DNA of 63,976 bases, the filler included, from Gonapodya sp. JEL0774 (taxonomy: Eukaryota), in NCBI GenBank assembly GCA_027604505.1. It is 6 parts of 6 records of this genome, joined end to end, with 100 filler letters (N's around TTAATTAATTAA, not from the genome) between each part and the next. Parts side by side here need not be neighbours in the genome. Positions count along the whole stretch, not along the records: positions 11,042 to 21,946 come from JADIIX010000373.1; positions 22,047 to 32,948 come from JADIIX010000374.1; 4 more parts are not named here. One strand, 5' to 3'. Numbering within the stretch: the first letter of the stretch is position 1; every line of letters starts with the position of its first letter. Of the stretch, positions 12,673 through 25,000 are shown in pieces. A model generated the notes under the pieces. The model saw only the letters and a program-made list of their open reading frames with translations. It did no database searches and was not told the origin of the DNA. Position numbers and translations under genes: made by a program.

Positions 12673-12993
12673 GTGATCACAAAGGCTAGGTATACAGTAC
12701 CAAACACAGGACTGTACGATGTTCGTGCAAGAATGATAATTTCTGGATCTTCGTCTCTGTTTACCAAACAAATCAAAATTTCGGCACACATCAATGACAT
12801 AGAATACAGTACGTGGCCTGTCTTAAACGATGGGAGAAATGGACGGATTGCTCTCGAATGGGCAGAAATTCTTCGTTTGTCCAAAAATGACGTTCTATCG
12901 TTCAAAATAGAAACACCACTGGGTTCTTCGCCTACTATTTACAATCCAAACAATGGTACTCAAAGCTTTATAAACATTGTTCAACTCAGGTAA
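12673..12993 (+). CDS. C1q/TNF-like beta-sandwich domain, probably 5'-truncated
   Basis: RYTVPNTGLYDVRARM...ILRLSKNDVLSF...TQSFINIVQL resembles the gC1q pattern F/YTxPxxGLY...LxLxxGDxV...tF. It is intronless, has no ATG start and abuts the decayed chromo/Ulp1 segment. Confidence 0.55.
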   Translation: MITKARYTVPNTGLYDVRARMIISGSSSLFTKQIKISAHINDIEYSTWPVLNDGRNGRIALEWAEILRLSKNDVLSFKIETPLGSSPTIYNPNNGTQSFINIVQLR

Positions 12994-13030
12994 ACGCAGT
13001 TACTGATACAATTTGATGATCAACCAGATA

Positions 13031-14160
13031 TCAATAACGACGTCCCAACCGGCAGTCCTTGCGCCAATGCATGCCCCCGCAATTGAAACATGGCTGAGGT
13101 GGAGGATTGCTGGTGTCGAAGATACTTGTACTCCAATGAACGGTCCCATCCCGATTGTTGTAGCAAAAGGAACCATCCGAGAAGCGGGTCCAGTGATTAC
13201 CCTAAAAAGAGAATTGAATTCTGTGCTATAGACATACAGAGCCTTTCAACGTACCCATCTGTTAATCCCATGCTCAATGCTGTTGTGACCTCCACTGAGT
13301 GCCTTGGTGTTGTCGTTGTTGAGTAGTGAAGGATTTTTCGGGCTTGAGGAATTCTCCAGATGAATTTCCGATTCCAGGGGACTTTTCTCTTGAGTGCTGA
13401 CTCTGAAGTCGGAATCTTTGGACGGAAATACACCCCTGATTATTCTCTGTGGGGTTTCCGTAACTGGCCGATGAAGACGAATTTCGTTTTCGCGACCACT
13501 TTTTGTCACGTGGACAATTGTGTCCCCGTTCTTGTAGGCGTAAGACTCATCCTTGAAGAATGTGTGAATTCTCCTCACAGAGGACTGCAGCGCTGGAGGG
13601 ACGGAAGAGACGGCGCTAGAGACGAGAGGCTCTGAGGCAAAGTAAACTGGTTGCATTCAGAAACAAAAATTTCAGATGGGCGGAGACTTATAAACGAGGC
13701 AATCGCTGAAAGAAGTAACTTGCTTGGGGTGGACTGATTCTGGAGGTCAGCGTCGGATATTCCCGTAAAATATTTTCCGTTATTATACACAACAAAATTG
13801 AGTCGCTGTTATGACGGTGTTAACGCAACTCGCAAGGGCGCTACACTTCGTTGCGACATAGCTTACCGGATCGGATTCTCCAATGTGTAGAACCGCGAGC
13901 TGACGTTCGGTATATTTGTCCGTTTCATCATCCTGGATGTCTGATTTTTGGTCCACAGCGGTTCTCGAGTCGGAATCGTTTTCTTCATCTGTGATCGCTT
14001 CTGAATGAACGCGATAAGGCCGATTGATATCAGTTGAAAGTTTTCCAACGTGTCGATATGACGACCAGTGAGCGAGTCCATCGGAAGCAACTATTGTGTC
14101 AGAAGTACTGCAGAGACTAGCTCCATCAGCTTCACATTCTCCGTATTTCGATTCTGCCAT
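13031..14160 (-). CDS. Hypothetical multi-exon protein with C-terminal CCHC-type Zn knuckle
   Basis: The last exon (13201-13031) reads GNHWTRFSDGSFCYNNRDGTVHWSTSIFDTSNPPPQPCFNCGGMHWRKDCRLGRRY*. Upstream acidic/Ser-rich exons are joined by plausible introns. Confidence 0.6.
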
Positions 14161-14605
14161 GCGCCTCATCACAGAAAGCCAAATTCGGAAGAGAACGAGT
14201 CTGATCTCGGATCCTTCCAGAACTGCATAATGATGAATATATCCATGTGTCAGAACTCCCGTCCTCGTATGAAAGAACGTAACACCTAGTAGAAATCCGG
14301 CTCGGTTGATAGAACCCTGGGCTTTGGAGATTTCGACGTTTCGCGGGCTAACAAGAATAGTCCCAGACAAAATGAGACACAAAAACGGTCGCTTAAATAC
14401 CACGGACGCAACTTACATTTCTTCGGGTGAATGAAAGCGAAAGCTTTGCATGTCAGCAATGAGACGGTCGCCGCGCCGAAGGGAGTCGGTTCGCTCAAGC
14501 TTGGAATTGTAGACGGCAACTCTCCGCATAGCAACATATGTGAGTCTCAAAAAAGTCCTTGGAGACGCGAAGAATGTGCCACCATCTGTCAAAGTCGTCC
14601 GTTAA

Positions 14606-16151
14606 TTAATCAGGTACTTGCCAGAAATACAGTCTGCAGAGCAAAGCGCCCTCACCCAGAAATTGAATGATCCTCCTCATTTTCGTTGACGGGATAATGA
14701 ACATTTTCAACGACAAAGAGTTGATAACATCGCGAATTTGGTTAAATTTTTGAAGCTGCAAATTTTTCTCCGTCAAAGAATGGTTATCGGCCTCCAGCTT
14801 TTCTATCTTCTGTTGTTGAGCATCGATAAAGGCCAAAATCTCAAGATATGATTGTGCAGTCGCTACATGCAGTCGTGTACAACCACGTGTCACTAGGATT
14901 GAAAAGTAGTCGTGAATGTCAATACGATGTGACCCACGTGCTAGTACCCATTGAAAAGCTTTCTCTACCACAATATCATTTAGGTCATTCCCGTCAGTGC
15001 CAGTAAGTTTTATACATATGTCGTCATATCCAGGTAGGTCTCGTGCTTTTGGTATAGCTTTGATTTGGCATATTTCTGAAGAATGCAAATATTCTATTTG
15101 AAGCAAAGTTGCCTCATGTCCACCAAAAAATATTTTGACGTTCGCAAACCCTTGAAGAAACCATGCGGACAATGAGTCCCATGCTGCGAAAAAGACGGTC
15201 GCACTTACAATCACCATCACGGATGTTCTCAAGATATACAGTAACAATTATTTGTTCCTTAACAACAGCACATTGTGGGTCCACCGCATGAAATTGCGGA
15301 CTAAACTCGGTAGCAATGGTTGTCGCAAGGGTTTCTGATCTCAATAGACTGTAAAGTGAGTTATCCAATAGATCGTCATAAAGGGTGGCCGACGACTCGG
15401 ATGGTTGGGAGTTAAAAGAGTTATCTGGGCGGTCCTGATCGTAGTCCATCTCATCCCATCCCGAAGGTGTCGTAGCCGAAGGCGATGAGGTATTCGGTCT
15501 CAACACGGCACAAGCGTCACTCGGGTAGGCCTGAAGTACCGCGGTCGTTGTAGCAGTAGTACCAAGATTTAGTGTGTTGGCCGTTGAAGATGTGGGTGTT
15601 GAAAGGGACCCTTGGGGAGATGGGAAGAGAGATCAACTTGCAAACGATGATCATGTTTAGATGTACCCCACAATTCAATCTACTCACTGTGTTCAGAAAG
15701 ACATGTCTCAACTGCAGATGCTCTCTGCTCTGTAGACCACCCATGCGACTTCGAATTCGGAGTTTTCAGTTGGTTGGTCTACGTCAGAATGTACGAACAG
15801 GACGACGTACCCCTCCGCAGGGTGCACAAACATAGTGCAAGAAACCAGGGTTGTGGTTTCTTTTGGCTGCGACAAACTGCTTCAACTTCTTGGGACTTTG
15901 TGCTGAAAGCGGTGATCTCACTGGGGTGGCTGATCGAAGGGCAGACATTTGTCACTCACAACGGACGGCGCGCCTAAAAGGCAGGCACTTATCCAAATGA
16001 TCAGAGATTTTGCAAACATCTTTTCCCTCGACAACAGCGCCAAGGATTTCACCATCCCATTCGTGAAGTGTTAGTTTTCCGCCGGTTTTCTGGACAGCTA
16101 CCGAGAAACACGTGATGGTATTGTCGCAGCCACGACATTTGAAATGGCTCA
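14606..16151 (-). CDS. Hypothetical multi-exon protein (N-terminal CxxC motifs, Ser/Thr linker, C-terminal coiled coil)
   Basis: The ORF pieces MSHFKCRGCDN..., ...HYVCAPCGG, ...STPTSSTANTLNLGTT...EMDYDQD... and ...DAQQQKIEKLEADNHSLTEKNLQLQKF can be joined at GT-AG sites. No family was recognised and the ends are approximate. Confidence 0.45.
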
Positions 16152-16638
16152 TTCGGGTGGGTACTTGGTTACGCTGCGTCGGCGAATGTCCATGGTTAAG
16201 TCCAGAGGCCTGTGAATGTAGATAATTCAGCAACAGGAGCACGACGAAAATCTCGTTCCTCGGAATCCCCTCCATTCAGCAGAGTTTTTAATTGTCGTTG
16301 ACCGCAAAAGTTGACTATTTAGGGACACGAGGACCAGTTGAGATGGACGGCCGATATTGACCCCTCCCGATTCCTCGCCAGTGGAGCCAGCGTCCGAATA
16401 GCACATCACGTCCGCGTGAGAGAATTTTTATCCGCATTGCCTCTTAGTACCCACTTCGGTGTCATCCCTGTCGGTATCTTCAGAATTGTGACTCAATCTT
16501 GGGTTTACAGAGGAACCATTTCGCGAATCTTCGTGATTGACTCTCATTTGAGTACCGATCGCCGTCGTCGCAAGGGGAAATGTCGACTATTTAAGGTATT
16601 TGGCTAGCAAGTGCGGCCACAGCAGCCCTTTTTTTCGT

Positions 16639-16691
16639 CTAGCTGCTAGATTGCTAGACTGCTAGTCTGCTAGACTGCTAGACTGCTAGAC
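16639..16691. repeat. Tandem 8-bp repeat (TGCTAGAC) x ~6
   Basis: ctagctgctagattgctagactgctagtctgctagactgctagactgctagac. Confidence 0.9.
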
Positions 16692-16781
16692 GACAAGAGC
16701 ACCATAAATGAAATCTTCAAAGGAACATACGTGCAACTCTTTTGTCGTCACTGCCCCCGAACACAATCGGAGTCAATAATC

Positions 16782-17826
16782 ATGTCGCTTATCAAGAGCG
16801 CGGGTTTTCCGCCGTCAGAACGTAACCAAGAAGCGGCTTCCATCTCGGACTCGGACGTGAGCTCTAAGGCGAGTTCCGCTTTGGACTCAGACTCGGACTA
16901 CGAGCACGTTGGGTCCGTCTCGGACACTCGAGACAACAACTCGGTAGCTCAGAGTAAGTACCGAAACAGCTTGGATCTTCTCTGTATCTTTAGTGAGCAG
17001 AATTCGCATTTTTTACTCAACGCCTCTCTCCTTGCGCGGGAATATAGGAAACGACTCTGTAGTTGTGGTCGTTATCGGTGTAAACACAACGTCGCCTCTC
17101 GCTCAACCGAGCGACGTTCCTGAAACCTCGGGCCCCACAGGTCTGACCACGTCGTCTGATCGCAAGGTAAGCTTCAATTTTCAGCATCAGGAAATGCCCA
17201 TGAGTACTCCTCCATATTCACTGTACCCCTGTAAATTGAATCATCCTAATCGATGCAGGGCAAAAATCGCGTGAATGCCGCCATCAAAGGAAACAATGTT
17301 GAGAACACTCCAGTCGCGGCAGCGACATCCTTACGCAGCGCAGCCGGCACGAGCGAGGACGCTCGCAGTGGGTTCAAGAATGGTGGGGAAGCGGCAGTCG
17401 ACACTCCGGCAGCAAAGACGCCCCGTAAGTCTCAGTCTGACAAGGCTGTTTTGCAATCGACACCATCAGCAGTTGGCACGGTGAGTCGAGAAACGTTCCG
17501 CGTAATAGTCTTCCTCTCCACTGATGACCAATGCAACCGCAAACCAGGCCTTCCCCACGATCACTGTGCACCATTCTTCTCAAGCCAACTTCGACAACAT
17601 GCACAACGCCTTTGATCGAATGAGCATCTCCCGTTCGACATTCCGTAGGTCGGCAATTGACGGATCCCCCTTGGTCGTAGGTCCCGGGTTCAGTCATAAC
17701 GGAGCCAAGTATCGATCCACCAAAGGTAACCTTTTCGACACCAGCAACGATCCACCTAAGCCATGTTTCAACTGCCGTGGGAACCACTGGCGCAAGGACT
17801 GTCCACTGGGCCTGCGCTACTGGTAG
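16782..17826 (+). CDS. Hypothetical multi-exon protein with C-terminal Zn knuckle (paralog of 13031-14160)
   Basis: Ser/Asp-rich N-terminus, GT-AG introns starting near 16954, 17167 and 17481. The product ends GNLFDTSNDPPKPCFNCRGNHWRKDCPLGLRYW*. Confidence 0.65.
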
Positions 17827-18137
17827 CATGGGGTTGCAAAGAGCGGCTTTTTGGATCTTTTTGAGTTGGTGTTGGTCGAAATGAGTACGTGAATCAATTA
17901 TAAACAGTAATTTAGTGAGCGGAATCTTCAATAAACTTTGTCTTTGTTCTTTGAGAATTTTTGGCGTTGACTGTTACTCGCCGCACGGACCAAGTGTTTC
18001 ACACGCGCATTCTGGATATAAAAAGCTCTGTCTGCTAACCACCTCAGACAGAGCGTGCGCCAGACTCTATCTGTACTCCGCCTGCAGTCCAACGAACCTC
18101 TGGTCGAGCTCCTTCCTTCCCGCTCTCTCTTATTCGA

Positions 18138-19154
18138 ATGGCGCTCAACGCGCCTCCTACTTCACCGCAATGAGGTCCTGGGCCTTTGGTCAATTCGCCA
18201 GAGATTCCACTCGACATCATACCAATCGACGATGACGACGATGACGACGACGACGACGATGATGATGATGGTAACTTCTACGTGTCAAAACCCCTTCACG
18301 AGTTCCTCGCAACCGCCCAGTTTACGGATCCTGAGCTCCGAGAGGTCATAGATATGGTAGAATTCAGAAGATTTGCCCTTGGTTCTGTCCTGTATCATCC
18401 TGTATGGGGCACACTCGTCCGGGAAAAACTCATTGAGCATCCAGACCTGAAGGAGGAAGTCAACTCAATCGAAATGTACTTCTATTGTTTCAAAGCCCGT
18501 CGTATACCAATATCCACACCTCCACCTCGCCCCTCTGTCACACCGGTTTCACCCTCTCAGTCATATACTTGCTCCATCTGCAAGGATCTATTCTGCCAAC
18601 CCATGATTTCTTGTCGCGAGTCTCACATCTTCTGTTCTGGATGCATCTACGAGAATCGACAGAAGTCTCTCGAATCATCCGCCCGCTGTCCGCTATGTCG
18701 AACTACGTCATACATCGATCCACTCCCCGTTCCTCGCCAATTCCTCGATGAAATGGATAATCTCGAAGTCGAATGCAAAAATTGCAATGACCATTTTCGG
18801 TATGGGAGCGGAGCGAATCACATGCAAATATGTGTCCAGTGCAGCTCCTGTCTAAAGTACACTGGCCAGCTCCATATCGGAACACACAGAAGCTATTTAT
18901 GCACTTCCACCCTCACTGGACGCCAATGTTCCAATAAATACTGTCAAGAAACTTTCTTGTGCGCTGCGGATGCAAGCAAACATGAGCATAGCTGCGTATT
19001 CAGTCTCCAAAAAGTCAGACACGCTGTGCGTGGCACTATACATTCGCTCATAAATACGCTCAAAAGGAAGGCAGATGAGCTGGATACTGATTTGAACGAC
19101 GTAAATGCGTCACGCGCTTTGAGTAAACAACAGGAGGACAAACCTTTGCAATAA
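18138..19154 (+). CDS. C3HC4 RING + TRAF-like Zn finger protein, intronless, with a premature TGA near the N-terminus
   Basis: RING CSICKDLFCQPMISCRESHIFCSGC...CPLCR followed by Cys/His fingers, with a poly-Asp tract upstream. The in-frame ATG at 18138 is followed by TGA at 18171-18173 (possibly CGA>TGA). A TATAAAAA lies at ~18017. Confidence 0.8.
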
Positions 19155-19289
19155 CGCGCGGAAATATTGCATCAATATTGATTGATTGTATCCTTGATTT
19201 CACAAAAATATGGTTACAATGTTGGTAGATCAATGCATTCACACTTTCACTCTTCCACATTGCCAAGCACTCAAGGTATTGGCCCCCTT

Positions 19290-20769
19290 ACATCATTGAA
19301 TGCCCGAGTACTCGGTACCGCTCTTGCTACAAAAGGGTTGGATGGTGGTGGTGTCCTGAGTGGAGCTACAATGGAAGATGTTCTCGCTGCTACTGAAACG
19401 GTAATGGGATTTGGGGTCGGCGTGTCAGCCAGACAGGCCATCGGGAAGAAACCTGACGCATTAGTCGTGGTGTTCAGGCCCTGTTGGGAAGATCCTTCTC
19501 TCTAAGACCATCCTTCGAATTGTGAAAACGTATACCTACAGAACCCCATCCGTCCGCGCATTGAAAGTTACAAAATACCATGTGACCAACCGAAACCGCA
19601 ATCTCGTCTGGGTCTGACGGCGTGAAGTCGGCAACAACGTACATCATCCGCTTCACGTCAATCGGGGCCGCCTGTGCATGATTGCTCGTCGGTTCAAGGT
19701 CTCTGAGGGAGGCGACCTGTTGTTCTAGGCGGGCGACACAGGCAGACGTCTGGGTGTTACTTTGTGTTAGTTGTGTAAGCTGAGACGTGTTTTCGTTCAT
19801 TTGAGAAGTTGTCTGGTCCAGCCTCGTGTTCAGCTGAGATGTGGTTTGCTCTAACCTTGTGCTCACAGAGGTGGTCTGGTCAAGTCTTGTGGAGAGCGTA
19901 GCTACAATTGATTGTGTCTGGCGCTCAGCATTCTGTAACTTTGATTGGAGGTCTGCATTGCGTCCTTGGAGGTCCTTCACCTGTTGCTGGAGTCTGTCAG
20001 TGTCAGAGAGGAACCTTGTTGTGAGCTGCTCCAGTTGTGCAGTCAGAGCCTCCACCTCCGCCTTGAGGTCATTTGTTCCTCCGCGTGAGGTGACCACTGC
20101 TTCCGCGGTGTCATAGTCCGCTTCCAGCGGTTTTTCAATGAGCTCCGCGAACTGAGGGTCACTCAGTGTCCTTGCTTGGGTGAGGAGGTCTGCGTTTATG
20201 GCGCCAATTGCGCTACGGAGCAGCACCGCAACAACCTCGATGCGGGGTGTGTATGTCATTTCGTCAAGGCGGGCTGCGTGGGAAGCTGGATTGTCGAGAC
20301 GGACATCCCCACCCTTCTTATTCATCTGCACCTTGCCCTTCTCGGTATCGGGTCCCCAATCAGTTGAAACCCTCCCGTTGTACGTTGTCACCTTCCCACC
20401 GCGAGTGAGTGCCAGTGCAAGAGTCGAGGGATACGTGTATGTACGCAACCAACATGTGTTGTTCCATTCGTTGAGGTCCCAAGAAGAACTCCAAGTGCTT
20501 ATTTTCCACTCGACAGGACGGCATGGGTCAGCGCCAGCCTGTATGAGAGAGGCAACAATATACGCTGAACCGTGGATGACAGCGAGGACGAGGGCACACT
20601 CCCCCAGAACACTATCCGTTTTTGTTCCCCCTTCTTTGATTTTGGTGGTGAGTGTAATTCTCTTCCTGGCGTTTGGATCGGCTCCTTCTGTGAGAGCCTT
20701 TCGGACGAGTGCCAGACTGTTTGCTTCGACAGCTGCAATCAAGTCCAAGTCCTTCCATGCTGCTGCCAT
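19290..20769 (-). CDS. Ankyrin-like repeat + coiled coil + SH3 protein
   Basis: N-terminal LIAAVEANSLALVRKALTEGADPN and ALVLAVIHGSAYIVASLIQAGADP, then a heptad-rich middle. The SH3 domain YVVADFTPSDPDEIAVSVGHMV...DGWGS/GLNTTTNASGFFPMACL is completed across an intron at 19539-19481. The 3' end is approximate. Confidence 0.8.
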
Positions 20770-21129
20770 TGCCGTTCCTTCTTGACGTTTTTCAATTGGA
20801 AGTCCCCTTCACCTCGTTCACTCCTGTTTGAATTCTCTCTTTCCCCGCGCCGACTATTCGAGGGATTCCTGGAGTTTCTCCGGTGTCTTTGGCCGTGGCA
20901 CTTTTTTGGTATTCACTCCCCGGCTAAACTTCCACCTCCACCGCCGATACCACACACTCTCAACTTTGATTCTTCAGCCTCTCTCCCACTTGGAATGACC
21001 ACCTAGAGATCTTTATGCATGGCGGGAAGCGCTCGGGTAAAGAAAAGAAAAATGAGCGATCGCACTGTCATGGGATGTTCAATCCAAACAAAAGAAGTAT
21101 TGTATGTCCAAAAGACTGCATAATTTCTC

Positions 21130-21380
21130 ATGGACTTGATCACGTTCAATACGCTGCAAAATAAAATAAACTCGCTTCGTATCACTTCGACTTTGCCTCG
21201 TGAATTTCGCACAATCTACACCAAGAAACCATTTGCTGACATTGATGCTGCTTTCCAAAGCATGAATTCTCTAGCCCAAGATATACAATCTATGGCTACT
21301 GATATCAAGAACCTAGTAGATCAAACTCTCTCTAATAACTCTGCATCTTATAATCAGTATACACTCAACAACCCTGATTA
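21130..21380 (+). CDS. Hypothetical helical protein fragment, interrupted by Copia sequence
   Basis: AT-rich ORF MDLITFNTLQNKINSLR...DIKNLVDQTL that runs into the antisense Copia RT fragment. Confidence 0.3.
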
Positions 21381-21946
21381 TAGCTGCTTCAAGTCATACA
21401 CCCATTTTCCAGTCAACACTGTTTGGTCGGGTGGTGGATCAGTCTCATCCCAAGTACCCTGTTCCTGAAGCTGGTGAACTTCTTCTTTCATGGCCAACCA
21501 CCATTTCTCATGATATTTGTGTGCCATTGCTTCTTCAACAGTCTTTGGTACAGAAATTTTCTCAGAGGTCTCCATGGTTATAAGCAGTACTAATGGGTCA
21601 GGAGAACCAAAATCTTCAATACTCCCCCTGTAAACAGATTCCCATGGTTGCCTCTCAGGTGTTTTTGGATTGTAAGCTGTGTCAGTTATGGGATCAGGGG
21701 AATCTTCCCTATCAACAGGAGATGATGGAGGTGCTCTGGGAAGAGGTGGGCTCTGTGTGGGACTCCTTCTATTAGAGATTCTAAGATTTCCCATTGGCTG
21801 TGGAATACGGGATGGTGCTGGTGCTAATGGATGCAATTTCACTTGAGGTTCTGCCCTTTCAGCAACTTCAGAATTGTGATCCTCTTCACCAGAATCAGAA
21901 TCAGAATTGTCATCATCGTCATCATCACTGGAGTCATAGAATAAAA
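21378..21946 (-). mobile_element. Ty1/Copia pol fragment (linker and start of RT)
   Basis: VPKTVEEAMAHKYHEKWWLAMKEEVHQLQEQGTWDETDPPPDQTVLTGKWVYDLK is the classic Copia RT start. The DNA is CpG-depleted. Confidence 0.88.
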
Positions 21947-22046
21947 NNNNNNNNNNNNNNNNNNNNNNNNNNNNNNNNNNNNNNNNNNNNTTAATTAATT
22001 AANNNNNNNNNNNNNNNNNNNNNNNNNNNNNNNNNNNNNNNNNNNN
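21947..22046. other. Artificial scaffold spacer
   Basis: N44-TTAATTAATTAA-N44. Confidence 0.97.
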
Positions 22047-25000
22047 TATCTGAGCACAGAATTGGTCTTCCACGGTCGAAGCAAGAGGACACAGGGAACT
22101 ATCTGTTTTCGCCACAGTCGAGGAGTCTACCTCGCCTGAATCGCCGATACGTGGTTCTCCAGGTGAACCACTGGAGTCGAAGACTTTCAAGTCGTCCGAC
22201 CTTGTTCCAGAAGCTCTGAGACTTTCGGCAATTAAGGCTTGTCGTTGCTTGACCAGAGATATTTCACCCGGTACGCCACGACGAGCTAATCCAGACGCGT
22301 CGTTGGAAACTAGTGCCCCCAGAAGCCCACTCATTACATCCAAATCCTTGAGAAGGGACTTTAGTCCACTCGCCAGCTGCAACACGGAAACTATTAAAAG
22401 AGCGACATCTCTATGTTGACAATCATTTTGAATCGATATATGAACGGTCGTTATCTCACCTCTAGCTGCCTCGGGGATCCAACGAAGCTCACGAGCGAGT
22501 CCAAGAAGAGCTGGAAATTTGTCCTCGATGATTCTAGCCAGAAAATGGAGGAGAGTGACTTTATTGTCTCCGGTTTTGGTGTCGCGAAGCTAAAAATAGA
22601 TATTAACCCGCCCCCTAAGCTTCAGTTCGAAATCGCCAATCCTACGTTTCATAAAGCTCTCACTTTGTTTATTGAAGTAAGCCTTATTCCGTACGCAGCA
22701 CCCTAGGGATTCGATGGTGAGCCATTGAAAATTTGGTTCCGTTAAGTCGGGAACAAACCTTCGTCGTCCCGGCATTCATGTAGTTTCCAAGATGCAAAAT
22801 GATCTGAAGATATGACAAGTTATACAAAGTGTAGGGTTGTACGGTGATCTGACGGGATAGATACTCACATTCAAAATATGTGCAAGTGAATCACTTTGCA
22901 GAAGCGATTCCGACGAGTCAAGCACGTAGTGCATTTGCTGGCGACAGAAACAAGGGAATTTACATGAGCCGGCATCTCACTCAGTGTTCTGCGTGGTGAT
23001 CTTTGCCATATCACGGTAATTACCCTTTCCAAGTCTTTGACCCGCTCATCATATTGGAGTTTGAAATTCCACAATTTCAGGCGGTGGCGCACCGCAGGAA
23101 CCTTGGCAAGCTAAAGATAAATGCGGTATGAATGAGTTGCGATTTTGACAGCTAGTTGCTATTGAAGGACCCACCTCCAGGAGAAACCTTTCACAGTCAC
23201 GGTACTCCGACACTCTTTCTTGGTTTTTGAGGACAGAGTCCAACTGGAAGTGTCAGATACCAACACGGTTATCAGATCCAGCCCTTTTTCCGTGGCAAAC
23301 CCTCGTTCCCAACTTACAACGTCCTCCCCAGGCAAAGCGGGCTCGAGATCTTTCGCAAAGTTTGCGGTCACGACGGTTTCGTCCATGGTACGGAAAGCAT
23401 TAGCAATATCCGCATACGTCGTGCCTTTCATCTGGTTCAAAAGAATCACTATAGGAAGTGTGTGTGTATTAGCAGCAGCTAGCAACCTGAGTTCACCATT
23501 CAAACAGCTCTGCACGACTTACTAATTATGCGATATTTGTTCGCATCCACAACCTCAAACGCGGTTTTTGTTTCTTTTGATTTGAACTCAAGGCCCCGAG
23601 GTACATTCGTTGAAGAGTTAATTGCAAATGCTCCATCGAGCTCTTGCAAAACTTCTTCTTCTTTCAATAGGAGCTCGAGGTCAACGCCTTCGGCCACAGG
23701 TTGCAGGTCTGCGAGGACGTGCCTGAGCGTTTCCGGAGCTTTTTTGATGTAATTGTTGATATCGAATTCAGGTCGAGCGATCCTTTGTCCCCATATGCTG
23801 CTGACTGCAGTGAGGTCACTGAGCTTTTCCCACTGAAGAACCCTCAGTTTCTGAACTGGTTGATACTTGGTCTTGCGCTTAGGAACACGATCACCAATTC
23901 TCACTTGTCCTGCACCTGGCGGAGGCGGAGGGCCACCAGGAGGTGGCGGTGGAGGTGGCGGTGGAGGTGGCGGAGGCGGTGGTGGTGTTGTTGGAGATAC
24001 CCCACTCACTTCTGCTTTCAGATCTCCTGCGGGGCATTCAGGGCTGACTAATCTTCCAAGAGTTTGAGGTGCCATGAGATGCCCTTCCGAGATTCCAGTT
24101 GGCATGTTCTGTCCCGAGACGGATTTCTGTGGAATCTCTTGAGATCCGTAGGCCGAGTCTGTGTGACGCAACTGAGACAAATTATTCGGCCATTTTGTCA
24201 TTCAACATAGCAGATTGTGTCTTTCAGCAAAACTCACAAGCTTTTCCAGATCGGTCTTTTGCTTCTCTAGCATCGCTACTTTGCTCTTCCAAGTTTGAAG
24301 CTCCTCTGTCAGCTCAGATAGATTTCCGTGGTGATGTTGAACTGCTGTACGGTCACCGGAAAGTGCATCTCCAGGGACAACAATTCCTCGATTCTGGCAA
24401 GCTTGGAGAATTCTGTTGAGAGCTTCTTTGTAATAAATGCTGTTCGCTCTCCGCTTCTCCTGCTGCTCTACAAGTCTAGCTTGAAACTGGGTGATGAATC
24501 CATCCATCATTTGAATCGTATCTTCTTTGTCGTTTAGCTGTGCAATGCTTCTCGCTTCATTCAGCTCTACGTGAGAAGAATGAGGAGAACTATTGAAAAG
24601 CTTCTCCCCGCCACGGGCTCCTGATCAACTCACTCATCTTCGAGTCCCAATGCGCTTCTTTCAGTCGGAACTCCCGTTTTCGGCTCTCCAATTCTTCTTC
24701 GGAGTCATCGAGTTTCCGCTGGAGCCTTTCATAAGCGGATCTGTCCACAAAAGACCTCGAGAACTCGTCCAAGTCGATGGCCCGACTCAGGAAACGGCCA
24801 TCAGAGAAGTCGTACACCTGAATTTATGCACGTCGACCAAAATTCACAATGATCCAGCTTTAAACGCGTTGCTACCTAGAAGTACGATCTCACCTTTCCT
24901 TCGTGTATGACTTTTCGCAAAATGTGTTCAACCAAAGTGACAAGGGCAACTCTTCAGTTATAACACAATCCATATTGTGAAATCGACCATATTCTGTAGG

